From positions 4,839 to 68,838 of the forward strand of contig JAZHDG010000035.1 in the NCBI GenBank assembly GCA_036584525.1: DNA of 64,000 nucleotides, read 5' to 3'. Below the pieces are notes generated by a model, which saw only the letters and a program-made list of their open reading frames with translations, had not been told where the DNA came from and did not search any database. Shown piece after piece: positions 9,231 to 19,004 of the stretch (positions are counted from its first letter, which is position 1; each line of letters opens with the position of its first letter). Made by a program: the position numbers and the translations under genes. The DNA comes from Acholeplasmataceae bacterium (lineage in GTDB: Bacteria > Bacillota_I > Bacilli_A > Acholeplasmatales > Acholeplasmataceae).

Positions 9231-11195
9231 TCATAATTTCATATCTTCATGAATGAAGCGATTAAAGTATCGATACTTTGGATTTGTTTTGAAATCTTTT
9301 TGATCAAGTAATTTTAGAACTTCTTTTTGCGCTTGTAAAAGTAATTCATAATCATGCTGAAGATCCAAAAACTTAAAATTAGGAAATCCGCTCTGTTCGA
9401 TGCCGATAAAATCACCTGGACCCCTTTGTTTTAAATCAAATTCACTCAACTTAAATCCATCTTGAGTTTTCTCTAGAACTTCAAGTCTTTCATTATCTTC
9501 TCCGTTAGAGACAAGATAACATACACTCTTCAAATGACTCCGACCAACTCTACCTCTAAGCTGATGAAGTTGGGCTAATCCAAAACGCTCAGCAGAAAAG
9601 ATTGCCATCAAAGTTGCAGTTGGTAAATCAATCCCAACTTCTACCATCGAAGTTGATATTAAAATACTACCCGGTGATTCAATGAATGATTTCATAGACC
9701 ACTCATTCTTTTCTTTTGTTTGTTCGCCGTGAAGGATAAAAAATTGATTAAATCCTTCTTTTGTTAACCATTCACTAACAGTGTCAATGTTATCCCCAAT
9801 TAATTCTGAATGGATTGCAGGAACTACTAAAAAGACATGCTCTTTTTGATTAATAGCAAGTCTTATGCCGTCAATCAATAATTGAATTTGTGTTTTATCG
9901 ATGAGAATGGTATCGATCAATTTTCTTTGTTTTGGCTTTTCTTTGATTGCACTTACATGAGAATTTCCATATAAAATCATGGCTAACGTTCTTGGAATTG
10001 GAGTTGCAGTCAAATATAAAACATCTTTATGTTGAGCTTTATCAATGAGTTGTTGTCTCGCTTCTACTCCAAATTTGTGCTGTTCATCAATAATGACTAA
10101 ACCTAATGATTTGAATTTCACATCATCTTCAATCAATGCGTGTGTCCCAATCACAATATCATAGTGATTTGTTTCAAGATCATATTTTTCTTTTTCTTTA
10201 TATTTGGTACTGCCTGTTAGACGTAAAATATTAAAATCTTTGATCATATTTGAAAAAAATTGATAATGCTGATTCACAAGTAATTCAGTAGGCGCCATAA
10301 AAGCTACTTGTTCTCCTGCAGTCATAATCGCATAAGCAGCGAGTAAACTTACAATAGTTTTCCCTGAACCTACATCACCTTGAATTAAGCGATAAGAAGC
10401 TACATTTTTTTTGAAATCTCTAAAAATATCATTTACGGTATCTTTTTGATCTTTTGTTAATTCAAATGGTATTTGATCAATAAAAGACCTAACACGCGTA
10501 ATGTCATATACTTTAGGTTCGCGAAAAATTTGATTTGGCCGGTTTGCCATCCAGCGGAGTTGAAGAAAAAAGGCTTCTTCAAACTTTAACCTTGCTTTAG
10601 ATAGATAAAGATCATTTTCGTTTTGAGGTAAATGAATTTTATGATAGGCTTGACTTCTAGAAATATAATTTAAAGGTTGATAAATATGTTCAGGTATAAT
10701 TTCATATATTGCATCATCATTATTTTGATATATTTCATGAATAATATGTGTGATGGTTTTATCATAGATCCCTTCGAGCCCATAAATCGGTTTTATTTCA
10801 GTTCGTTTTTCTGGTTTCGTTATCGATGAAACATTGATTTGATGGTAATAAAGATTATACAATCCTTTGATGACAACCTGATCACCCTTTTTAAAAGATT
10901 GAACTAGATATCCCTTCCCAAAAGCAACAATATCAATCATTTCATGATCAATTTGACATTTAAATGTCACTCGTGGTGTCTTCCCATATCGATTCAATGA
11001 TAAGTCTGATGAAATGACACATTCAATAGTGATGGTGTCTTTATGTTTCGCATCTTTCAAATCTGTTAATGAAAAATTTTCATAACTCTTTGGCACACAC
11101 AAAAGAAGGTCATAAATTGACCAAATACCATGTTTACGAAACTGTTTTATTAATTGTGGACCGACACCTTTAATGTCTTCAAGCTTTTTTACCAT
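9231..11195 (-). CDS. recG: ATP-dependent DNA helicase RecG
   Basis: N-terminal OB wedge followed by SF2 motifs GDVGSGKT, IIDEQHKFG and QLRGRVGR. 654 aa. Confidence 0.93.
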   Translation of the reverse strand: MVKKLEDIKGVGPQLIKQFRKHGIWSIYDLLLCVPKSYENFSLTDLKDAKHKDTITIECVISSDLSLNRYGKTPRVTFKCQIDHEMIDIVAFGKGYLVQSFKKGDQVVIKGLYNLYYHQINVSSITKPEKRTEIKPIYGLEGIYDKTITHIIHEIYQNNDDAIYEIIPEHIYQPLNYISRSQAYHKIHLPQNENDLYLSKARLKFEEAFFLQLRWMANRPNQIFREPKVYDITRVRSFIDQIPFELTKDQKDTVNDIFRDFKKNVASYRLIQGDVGSGKTIVSLLAAYAIMTAGEQVAFMAPTELLVNQHYQFFSNMIKDFNILRLTGSTKYKEKEKYDLETNHYDIVIGTHALIEDDVKFKSLGLVIIDEQHKFGVEARQQLIDKAQHKDVLYLTATPIPRTLAMILYGNSHVSAIKEKPKQRKLIDTILIDKTQIQLLIDGIRLAINQKEHVFLVVPAIHSELIGDNIDTVSEWLTKEGFNQFFILHGEQTKEKNEWSMKSFIESPGSILISTSMVEVGIDLPTATLMAIFSAERFGLAQLHQLRGRVGRSHLKSVCYLVSNGEDNERLEVLEKTQDGFKLSEFDLKQRGPGDFIGIEQSGFPNFKFLDLQHDYELLLQAQKEVLKLLDQKDFKTNPKYRYFNRFIHEDMKL

Positions 11196-11231
11196 AAAAT
11201 CCTTTCGAATGAAAAAGCCATGATTATGGCT

Positions 11232-12218
11232 TTATTGGTATGCTTTTTGTTGTAAAAAAAGATCAGCTAAAACGATGGCTACAGCATTTTCTAAAACAAT
11301 ACCCGCACGTCTAACAATCGCGGCATCATGTCTGCCTTCAATTTTCAAACTTTCAACTTTTTGATGTTTAAAATGATATGTATCTTGATTTACACCCACT
11401 GAAGAAGCAGGTTTCATAAACACACGGATAATTAAATCATTCCCATTAGTAATGCCACCATTAATACCACCGCTATGATTGGTTTTTGTTTTTCCATCTT
11501 CACTGATAATACAATCATTAAATTTACTACCTAAAAGATCAATCCCTTTAAATCCGATACCGAATTCAACACCTTTAACCGCTGGTATAGAAAACAGCAT
11601 TTGCCCAACAAGTGATTCGACTTTACCAAAAAATGGCTCACCTAAACCAGGATCAACTCCTATAACTTTTAGCTCAATGATTCCACCAACAGATTCTTTT
11701 TTGGCGATGATATCTTCGAGATATTCATCTAGTTTAGATAAATCCTTACATTCACCAACTTGGATAAGGTCATGACTCAATGTATAAGGTAACATCATTT
11801 TAGCAAATGAACCTGCAATGACAAGAGGAGCTGTTAATCTTCCTGAAAATCGACCTCCACCTCGATAATCTTGAAATCCTTTATACTTGTGTTGGCTAAC
11901 AAAATCTGCATGCCCAGGTCTTGGATGATGAATCAAATTTTCATAATCTTTTGATTGAGTATCCAAATTCTCAATCATCACATGAATTGGTGAACCTGTT
12001 GTATAACCATTGAATACACCTGAAGTTATTTGATACATGTCAGGTTCTATTCTTTTTGTTGTTCCCAATTCGCGTGGTTTTCTTTTCATTAAATCTTTTT
12101 CAATTAACTCATGATCAACTTTAATACCCGCTGGCATACCATCAATCACTATCCCAATAGCTTTTTGGTGTGATTCCCCATAAAGTGTAACCCGGTATAA
12201 AGTACCAAAACTATTCAC
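11232..12218 (-). CDS. aroC: Chorismate synthase
   Basis: YGESHQKAIG, RPGHAD and GGGRFSGR motifs. It is short at 328 aa. Confidence 0.9.
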   Translation of the reverse strand: MNSFGTLYRVTLYGESHQKAIGIVIDGMPAGIKVDHELIEKDLMKRKPRELGTTKRIEPDMYQITSGVFNGYTTGSPIHVMIENLDTQSKDYENLIHHPRPGHADFVSQHKYKGFQDYRGGGRFSGRLTAPLVIAGSFAKMMLPYTLSHDLIQVGECKDLSKLDEYLEDIIAKKESVGGIIELKVIGVDPGLGEPFFGKVESLVGQMLFSIPAVKGVEFGIGFKGIDLLGSKFNDCIISEDGKTKTNHSGGINGGITNGNDLIIRVFMKPASSVGVNQDTYHFKHQKVESLKIEGRHDAAIVRRAGIVLENAVAIVLADLFLQQKAYQ

Positions 12219-12999
12219 TATAAATCACTTCCTTTAACGCATTCATTAATAAAGTCGTCCACTCAATTTTTCTAGAAAACCAAATTTCTTCACTTTTTAA
12301 TGCCTGAATGATGAGCATATTTAAACCATTAATCCCTAATTGACTATCCTTCATGATTTGTGTGACAGGTGGATTATATATTAAATCAATCACTATATGA
12401 TTTTTGACATATTCGCTATCAAGAACTGAATCAAAAACATTAGGATGCGTTCCAATAGGTGTTGTCTGAATATATAAATCAACTTTTTTAGGATTGATTT
12501 GGTCATAGGTTATGACTTTATGAAAGAAAGAAGTATCTTCTGCTACCTTTCTAACAACAACCGTTACATCTGCCATTAAATCCATGAGTGCAATATAAAC
12601 TGATTTTGCAGCTCCACCAGAACCTAAAATATAGACGTTTTTTCCTTTCACGTCGATATGGTGTGTAAGCAAAAGTCCAATAAATCCATCATAATCCGTA
12701 TTATCGCCAATCACTTTATCGTTTTTAATATAAATAGTATTGACTGCTTGGATACGTTTAGCCTTTGGTGTAAGTTCATCCAAATATTTGCATATTAGTT
12801 GTTTATATGGCGTCGTTACATTAAATCCACGATAAATACCTGATCTTAATTGTTTCATTAATCTCGGAAGTTCTTCTTCTTCAATATCAATAAGTTCATA
12901 AATCATATCTAAATTTAATTTTTCAGCCATAAACTTATGAATTTTAGGAGATTTACTATAGGCGATATTTTTCCCAATTAAACCGTATTTATTGGTCAT
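12211..12999 (-). CDS. aroE: Shikimate 5-dehydrogenase
   Basis: YGLIGKNIAYSKSP, FNVTTPYK and GSGGAAK motifs. True start is ATG 12999, overlapping the chorismate mutase stop (ATGACCAATAA). The track ORF is over-extended to 13071. Confidence 0.9.
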   Translation of the reverse strand: MTNKYGLIGKNIAYSKSPKIHKFMAEKLNLDMIYELIDIEEEELPRLMKQLRSGIYRGFNVTTPYKQLICKYLDELTPKAKRIQAVNTIYIKNDKVIGDNTDYDGFIGLLLTHHIDVKGKNVYILGSGGAAKSVYIALMDLMADVTVVVRKVAEDTSFFHKVITYDQINPKKVDLYIQTTPIGTHPNVFDSVLDSEYVKNHIVIDLIYNPPVTQIMKDSQLGINGLNMLIIQALKSEEIWFSRKIEWTTLLMNALKEVIYSE

Positions 13000-13249
13000 G
13001 TTGATAAGCCTTCGAAAGATTAAATATTTGATTGATGAAAAGCTCATAATAGGGCCATAATTTTTCATCATTCAGTAAACTCTTTCGTTTAAGTAAAATT
13101 TCTCTCTCTCTTTTTTCATCAAAAATGGGTAATTGATTGACTTTTTTATATTCACCAATTAACTTAGATAATTCCATTCTTTTTTTAAAAAGTTCCATCA
13201 TTTCTTGATCAATTAGATCAATTTGTGTACGATATTTTTCAATTGACAT
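12989..13249 (-). CDS. Chorismate mutase, AroQ (all-helical) type, 86 aa
   Basis: IEKYRTQIDLIDQEMMELFKKRMELSKLIGEYK is a typical CM_2 N-terminal helix. Start is ATG 13249, with GGAGGT 8 nt upstream, and it overlaps the aroA stop. Confidence 0.8.
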   Translation of the reverse strand: MSIEKYRTQIDLIDQEMMELFKKRMELSKLIGEYKKVNQLPIFDEKREREILLKRKSLLNDEKLWPYYELFINQIFNLSKAYQHDQ

Positions 13250-14498
13250 CGATAATACCTCCAAGTTTTTCATAAATCTCAAAAAAATCAGGATAAGATT
13301 TTTTCACAACCTCAGCATCTAAAATTGTGATAGATCCTTTAGCTCTTATAGCACCAATAGCAATCGCCATTACGATACGATGATCTTGAAAGCTTGAAAA
13401 AACTTGATTTCCTTTAAGTTCTGTTTGACCATAGATTTGCAACATATCATCATTCAGTATTGTTTTAACACCAAATTTATGCAATACATCCATCATAGCA
13501 TCTAGTCGATTTGATTCTTTAAATTTTAATCTTTCAATGCCTAGAAATGTCGTGATACCTTCACTTAATGCTGCTAACATCATTAAAATTGGACCTAAAT
13601 CAGGAATTTGGCTTAAATCGATGGTTATGGCTTTTGTTTGAACCGGTTTGATATGGTAAACTCCACTAATTTCATCAAATTCAATAAGGCCGCCCATTTC
13701 ACTAATAATATCAACAATTTTTTTGTCGCCCTGAATACTCTCTTGATTTAAGCTATATAAATCAATATGCTTTCCTATGGTTGCTGCGACCATCCAAAAT
13801 GCTGCTTGTGAATAATCACCTTCGACAAATATTTCAGTTGGATGAAAATTTTGATTTCCTGGAATATAAATGACTTGATGTTCATATTTCACTTGAATCC
13901 CAAATTTTTGAAGTACGTCAATTGTCATCAATATGTAATCGTTTGATTCAATCGGTGGTATTAAGATTATTTTCGAATCACCTTTTAATAATGGTAATGC
14001 AAAAAGTAATCCAGAAACAAATTGAGAACTTATATTTCCCTTAAGTTGATAGTTTCCGGGTTTAAGTGGCCCATTTACAACTAAAGGAAGATTATCCTTA
14101 CTTAATTTCCTAAAAAATATGCCTTTTTCAGTAAAAAGATCTTCATAAAGATTGATTGGACGTTTGGGCAAACGACCATCACCACTGAATGTCATCTCTT
14201 TTTCGGTAAGTAATGCAAGTGGTATGAGAAATCTAAGTGTCGAGCCTGACTCTTTACATGTAATGTTATTTCGAACAGCTTTAGGAAAATTTCCAATAAC
14301 AGATGATCCTTCAAATTGTGCGCCTAAAGCCATTAAGCCTTCTTTGGTTGCTGTTAAATCATCACTAACTAATACATTTTGGATATGTGATTTTCCTTTT
14401 GCGAGTGCCGCGGCTATAATATATCGATGTGAATACGATTTTGAAGGATTAGCGTGAACATCGCCAGTCAACAATCGAGGTTGAATCGTGACTATCAT
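13239..14498 (-). CDS. aroA: 3-phosphoshikimate 1-carboxyvinyltransferase (EPSP synthase)
   Basis: 419 aa with KSYSHR, ESGSTLRFL and DHRIVMA motifs. Confidence 0.93.
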   Translation of the reverse strand: MIVTIQPRLLTGDVHANPSKSYSHRYIIAAALAKGKSHIQNVLVSDDLTATKEGLMALGAQFEGSSVIGNFPKAVRNNITCKESGSTLRFLIPLALLTEKEMTFSGDGRLPKRPINLYEDLFTEKGIFFRKLSKDNLPLVVNGPLKPGNYQLKGNISSQFVSGLLFALPLLKGDSKIILIPPIESNDYILMTIDVLQKFGIQVKYEHQVIYIPGNQNFHPTEIFVEGDYSQAAFWMVAATIGKHIDLYSLNQESIQGDKKIVDIISEMGGLIEFDEISGVYHIKPVQTKAITIDLSQIPDLGPILMMLAALSEGITTFLGIERLKFKESNRLDAMMDVLHKFGVKTILNDDMLQIYGQTELKGNQVFSSFQDHRIVMAIAIGAIRAKGSITILDAEVVKKSYPDFFEIYEKLGGIIDVN

Positions 14499-15505
14499 TA
14501 AAAATCACCTTCGTTCAATGTTAATAATTCTGGATGCCCCGGTTTACTTATAACGACAAATCTTAAGCCATCTTGAAGATTTTTTTTATCAGACCAAATG
14601 TAATTCAAATAATCTTTATATGCTAATAGCGGTTCTTTAACAAGATTTAAACGTAGAAGTATTCGTTTCACTTCATCATATAAAGTGGGATCAGTTTTTT
14701 GCCATTTAATCCCTAATTCAATTGCTATTAGCATCCCATAACTAATGGCTTCACCATGCTTATAAGTTCGATATTGGTGGGCTTTTTCTATTGCATGTCC
14801 AAAAGTGTGACCAAAGTTCAAAAACATGCGTTCTTTATGATCATATGGATCAATTAAGACGATATCTCTTTTCACTAAAATGGCTTCTATGATTTCTGCT
14901 TCTCCAATTTTATTTTCTGTTAATAAATGATGAAATAATTTTTTATTTCCGATGAGCCCAGCCTTTAAAACTTCAGCAAGCCCATTCGCATATTCATCTT
15001 CTGGTAATGTATTTAAAAATAGTGGATCAATGATGACACCTTTGGGAGGATAAAAACTACCAATTAGATTTTTTCCTTCTTCGATGTCAATAGCTACTTT
15101 ACTACCAATACTACTATCTACTTGAGATAAAAGTGTGGTAGGCACTTGAATATAATCTATTCCACGATAAAGGGTTGCTGCTACAAATCCACATAAATCA
15201 CCAACAACTCCACCACCAAATGAAATGATTAAATCGTCTCGTTTTATCTTTTTATCAATTAATGATTTTACAACAGATATATATATATCGATGGATTTTG
15301 AAAGTTCTCCTGGTTTAATAACTACAAATTCAAACTTATAAGATCCTAAAGATTTTTTAACTAAATCTTCATATAGAGCATATACATTCTCGTCAGTGAC
15401 GATAAAAATTGACGGATTATGTTTTACCGTTTTAATCATTTGTTGAATTTCTGAAAAAATACCTTCTTTTACCCAAATCTCATACTCAGGCATTTTAATA
15501 AACAT
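14498..15505 (-). CDS. aroB: 3-dehydroquinate synthase
   Basis: GGGVVGDLCGFVAATLYRGI nucleotide motif and metal-binding HTFGHAIE...HGEAI. Confidence 0.93.
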   Translation of the reverse strand: MFIKMPEYEIWVKEGIFSEIQQMIKTVKHNPSIFIVTDENVYALYEDLVKKSLGSYKFEFVVIKPGELSKSIDIYISVVKSLIDKKIKRDDLIISFGGGVVGDLCGFVAATLYRGIDYIQVPTTLLSQVDSSIGSKVAIDIEEGKNLIGSFYPPKGVIIDPLFLNTLPEDEYANGLAEVLKAGLIGNKKLFHHLLTENKIGEAEIIEAILVKRDIVLIDPYDHKERMFLNFGHTFGHAIEKAHQYRTYKHGEAISYGMLIAIELGIKWQKTDPTLYDEVKRILLRLNLVKEPLLAYKDYLNYIWSDKKNLQDGLRFVVISKPGHPELLTLNEGDF

Positions 15506-16325
15506 CGAAAGATTCCCTCTTTTCTTTCGCTTTTTTCAACGCTTTCTTTAAACCTTCTTTATCATCATTGATGATTAAATCTTTCAATATATCTAAAGAT
15601 TTTTCAAAAGCTTGAATACGCTCGATTAGAGCCTTTTTATTTTCTAAAAATAATTCTGACCATAAGGTTTCATTTATTTTGGCAATTCGAGTTAAATCAC
15701 GATAAGAATCGCCAGTTGCAAATTTTGTATGTTCATGTGAATCACTGTTAACTAATCCTACAGCTAATATATGCGTGAGCTGAGATGTGAATGCGATGAG
15801 TTCATCATGTTCTTTTGGTGAAACTGTTAATGTATGTTTAAAACCTAAATCAGAAGCGATTTTTTTTAAGATCAATTCATCATTTGGTTTTGTTCTATTT
15901 GTTTTTACAATTAAAAAATTTGCACCTTTAAAAATTCTGTGATCTCTAGATTCAATGCCTTTCGTTTCTTTACCTGCCATGGGATGATGGGAGGTATATG
16001 CAATTTTATCACTTAATATATTTTCAATTGCCTTGACGACATCAACTTTGGTTCCACTAATATCTGTAATCAATTGATTTTCATGAAACATATGGTGATA
16101 TTTTTTGACAAATTCAATATTGTCTTCTGGGTATAATGCTAAAACGATTAAATCCATCTCATTTAAATTTTTAAGCGAACTCTTTTCATCAATTAATCCA
16201 TATTTAATCGCACGTTGAAAAACATCTTGATCATGATCATAACCATAGACTTGATATCCCTTTTTTACGAGTCCTTCAGCATATGACGAGCCCATTAATC
16301 CAAGTCCGACAATAAATATGTTCAT
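15495..16325 (-). CDS. tyrA: Prephenate dehydrogenase
   Basis: N-terminal Rossmann motif IVGLGLMGSS and the HPMAGKE catalytic region. 276 aa. Confidence 0.88.
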   Translation of the reverse strand: MNIFIVGLGLMGSSYAEGLVKKGYQVYGYDHDQDVFQRAIKYGLIDEKSSLKNLNEMDLIVLALYPEDNIEFVKKYHHMFHENQLITDISGTKVDVVKAIENILSDKIAYTSHHPMAGKETKGIESRDHRIFKGANFLIVKTNRTKPNDELILKKIASDLGFKHTLTVSPKEHDELIAFTSQLTHILAVGLVNSDSHEHTKFATGDSYRDLTRIAKINETLWSELFLENKKALIERIQAFEKSLDILKDLIINDDKEGLKKALKKAKEKRESFDVY

Positions 16326-17341
16326 TGGATTTTCTTTTCAAGCACATCAGCAACTTTTTCTAAGTGCTCCATCATTTCTGTGAATTTATTAATTTTTAGT
16401 GATTGAGCTCCATCACTTAATGCATGAGTTGGATCATGATGAACTTCAACAATTAACCCATGGGCACCGACAGCAAGACTTGCAAGTGATAATTTATCAA
16501 TCATTGTCCATCTTCCAGCTGCATGGGATGGATCAATGATCACAGGTAAGTGTGATAAATCTTTCACTGCGAGAACTGAACTGATGTCTAAAGTGTTTCT
16601 TGTATATTTTTCGTATGTTCTAATACCGCGTTCACATAAAATGATTTCCTCGTTGCCACCAGCCATAATATACTCAGCAGACATTAACCATTCTTCAATG
16701 GTTGCTGATAAACCACGCTTAAGCAAAATGGGTTTCTTTGATTTACCTAAAGCTTTTAATAAATGGAAATTTTGCATATTTCTCGCACCAACTTGAATAA
16801 TATCGACATATTGTTCAAATAAAGGTATAAGATCAGCTGATGGAATCTCAGTAACAACTAAAAGATCAAGTTCATCTCCAATTTTTCTAAGTAATTTTAA
16901 CCCATCTTCTTCAAGTCCTTGAAAAGCATATGGCGAGGTTCTTGGTTTATATGCACCACCTCTTAAGATATGTGCGCCAGCTTTTTTAATGCCTTTAGCA
17001 ATAATTCTTAGTTGTTCCTCTGATTCCACTGAACATGGACCCGCCATGACAACAAATTGATCGCCACCAATTTCAATACCGTGATTCAAATGAATAATGG
17101 TGTCACCTTTTTTAAAGCTACGAGATGCTTTCTTAAATGGTGTGGATACACGTGTAACTTCTTGAACACCATCAAATGCATATAAATCCGCTGGTTCTAT
17201 CGTTGAAGTATCCCCAATAATACCAAATATGCGAACTGCTTCACTGCTAACATCTTTTACTTCAAGATTTTTTGATTTTAAAAATTCGGTTATGTGATCA
17301 TATTCTTTCTTTGTTGACCCTTTTTTCATTTGAACAATCAT
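16322..17341 (-). CDS. aroF: DAHP synthase, type I-beta, with an N-terminal ~65-aa ferredoxin/ACT-like regulatory domain
   Basis: Core motifs GPCSVES, AYKPRTSPYAFQG and DPSH. The N-terminal extension resembles the Thermotoga-type allosteric domain. Confidence 0.88.
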   Translation of the reverse strand: MIVQMKKGSTKKEYDHITEFLKSKNLEVKDVSSEAVRIFGIIGDTSTIEPADLYAFDGVQEVTRVSTPFKKASRSFKKGDTIIHLNHGIEIGGDQFVVMAGPCSVESEEQLRIIAKGIKKAGAHILRGGAYKPRTSPYAFQGLEEDGLKLLRKIGDELDLLVVTEIPSADLIPLFEQYVDIIQVGARNMQNFHLLKALGKSKKPILLKRGLSATIEEWLMSAEYIMAGGNEEIILCERGIRTYEKYTRNTLDISSVLAVKDLSHLPVIIDPSHAAGRWTMIDKLSLASLAVGAHGLIVEVHHDPTHALSDGAQSLKINKFTEMMEHLEKVADVLEKKIQ

Positions 17342-17370
17342 GTGCTTTATTCTCCTTTTAGCAATTGGTA

Positions 17371-17399
17371 TAAAAAAATCCTTGAGGACCCCCCAAGGA
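17371..17399 (-). terminator. Intrinsic terminator (attenuator) inside the aro operon 5' leader
   Basis: Minus strand ATCCTTGGGGGGTCCTCAAGGAT followed by TTTTTTT. Only ~30 nt lie before the aroF ATG, too little room for a promoter after it. Confidence 0.75.
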
Positions 17400-17458
17400 T
17401 AAGTACTTGTCCGGTAGGCTGTCCTTCGAATGACTCAAAAAGGAATGCCTTGCAATCC

Positions 17459-17509
17459 TTTTATAAGTGATAATATCGATATGTGTTCATTACTATTCTG
17501 TCAATTAAC
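17459..17509 (-). CDS. Candidate 16-codon leader peptide MLIDRIVMNTYRYYHL (three Tyr in four codons)
   Basis: SD AGGTGG (17520-17515), 5-nt spacer, then ATG 17509. Codons 11-14 read TAT CGA TAT TAT. The TAA stop abuts the first leader hairpin. Confidence 0.35.
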
Positions 17510-17541
17510 ATAAAGGCCACCTAACAATGTTTGGCATTATC

Positions 17542-17569
17542 GTATCATAAAACACATGAAAATACAATC
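17542..17569 (-). promoter_or_regulatory. Candidate aro operon promoter
   Basis: Minus strand TTGATT (17569-17564), 16 nt, TATGAT (17547-17542), immediately downstream of the pdxR stop. Confidence 0.4.
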
Positions 17570-17580
17570 AAACCTATGTA

Positions 17581-18948
17581 TCAAAATGATTTTTTTTGTT
17601 CATTAAGTGCTTGAATGATGATTTCGACTGTCTTTGCGATTTCATCATCATCTAACGATGTATATTCAAACATATAATCACGACCTTCTTTTGGTTCATT
17701 GTCATAAAAATAATTTAGTTTTTGTAAATGTACACTTTGCTGATAAAATATCAAATCTAGAGCACTAATTTCAATTTTTGAATCAAATGTTAATATCATG
17801 TGTAATCCTGTTTCATGTCCCGAAATCTTTATCAATTTTTCGTTCTTAAATTTATCTATGATATAAAGTGCTTTTTTTCGATAAATCTTCTTTACTTTAT
17901 TTAAATGCCTTTCAAAGTGTTGTTCTTTCATGAATTCTAAAAGAACTTTTTGTTCAAATATAGGAACACTACAAGGCATAACAGATTTGATGTTATGATA
18001 TGCATTCATGAGTGTTTTAGGTAATACCAAATAATTAATTTTTAATGCTGGTGATAGGGATTTTGAAAAAGTGTTCATGTATATCACTTTTGAAGATTTA
18101 TCAAGGCTTTGAACAGCTGGAATTGGTTGACCTTGATACCTGAATTCACTATCATAATCGTCTTCTATAATATATCGATGCTCATCTAATATCGACCAGT
18201 TAAGGCATTCAATTCTTCTTCCAACCGGCATCACTTTTCCGGTCGGATATTGATGTGATGGTGTGATGTGTAAAACAGTTGGATGGAATCCCGTAACTTT
18301 ATTAATTATTATGCCTTGATCGTCTTGTTCGATGGTTAATAATTTCATGCCACTCAAACGAATGATATTTTTCAAACGTGGAAACCCAGGTTCTTCCATT
18401 ATAAAAGTATAGTCTCTACCCACTAAAGCGATGACTAATTGCATCATAGCTTGACTTCCTGATCCAATCACAATTTGATCAATTGATGCGTGAATACCTC
18501 GATAAATTTCTAAGTATTTTTTGATTTCAACTCGTAAACCAATGAGTCCTTGGGGATTAACCTGAAAATCCATCATGTTTAGGTCATCTGACAATACTTT
18601 TCTTGAAAGTTTCGCCCAAATATGATGTGGAAAATATGTTAATCTTATTGGAAATTGAATATCGCTAATATTGTTTTCATCTTCAACATGTTCATCTAAA
18701 ATAGATGTTCCTTGTTTAAAAAAACGATGTTCAGGAAGATCATTTACATAATACCCCTTACGTTCCATAGATATGACATATCCTTCAGCAATCAATTGCT
18801 GATATGCATTATCGACAGTCATGACACTTACATTGTAAAAATTGGCCAATATTCTTTTGGATGGCAATTTAGATTGAATAGGATAAGTTCCATCTAAAAT
18901 TGTTTTTTTTAATTCATTATAAATACTTAAATACTTTATTTTATGCAT
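17581..18948 (-). CDS. pdxR: MocR/GabR-family regulator (GntR wHTH + class-I aminotransferase-like PLP domain), PdxR-type
   Basis: N-terminal GntR HTH (LPSKRILANFYNVSVMTVDNAYQQLIAEGY). C-terminal AAT fold with the PLP-Lys context NTFSKSL. Divergent from pdxST, as described for PdxR in other Gram-positives. Confidence 0.8.
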   Translation of the reverse strand: MHKIKYLSIYNELKKTILDGTYPIQSKLPSKRILANFYNVSVMTVDNAYQQLIAEGYVISMERKGYYVNDLPEHRFFKQGTSILDEHVEDENNISDIQFPIRLTYFPHHIWAKLSRKVLSDDLNMMDFQVNPQGLIGLRVEIKKYLEIYRGIHASIDQIVIGSGSQAMMQLVIALVGRDYTFIMEEPGFPRLKNIIRLSGMKLLTIEQDDQGIIINKVTGFHPTVLHITPSHQYPTGKVMPVGRRIECLNWSILDEHRYIIEDDYDSEFRYQGQPIPAVQSLDKSSKVIYMNTFSKSLSPALKINYLVLPKTLMNAYHNIKSVMPCSVPIFEQKVLLEFMKEQHFERHLNKVKKIYRKKALYIIDKFKNEKLIKISGHETGLHMILTFDSKIEISALDLIFYQQSVHLQKLNYFYDNEPKEGRDYMFEYTSLDDDEIAKTVEIIIQALNEQKKSF

Positions 18949-18952
18949 AACA

Positions 18953-19004
18953 TCACCATCTGGTCTATATATATTATTTAAATCTGATTATTTTACTATA
19001 CCAG
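18953..19004. promoter_or_regulatory. Candidate PdxR operator half-sites in the pdxR/pdxS divergent region
   Basis: TCACCA (18953-18958), CTGGTCTATA (18960-18969, reverse complement TATAGACCAG) and TATACCAG (18997-19004, containing ATACCA). The sites are 37-45 bp apart. Confidence 0.3.

Noticed and set aside
17342-17580. T-box riboswitch in front of the aro operon
   Set aside because: There is no T-box consensus (…GGGTGGTACCGCG-like) abutting the terminator 5' arm. The only GGTGG sits ~120 nt upstream, where it serves as the SD of the mini-ORF. No recognisable Stem I or specifier features were seen by eye. A covariance-model scan should still be run.
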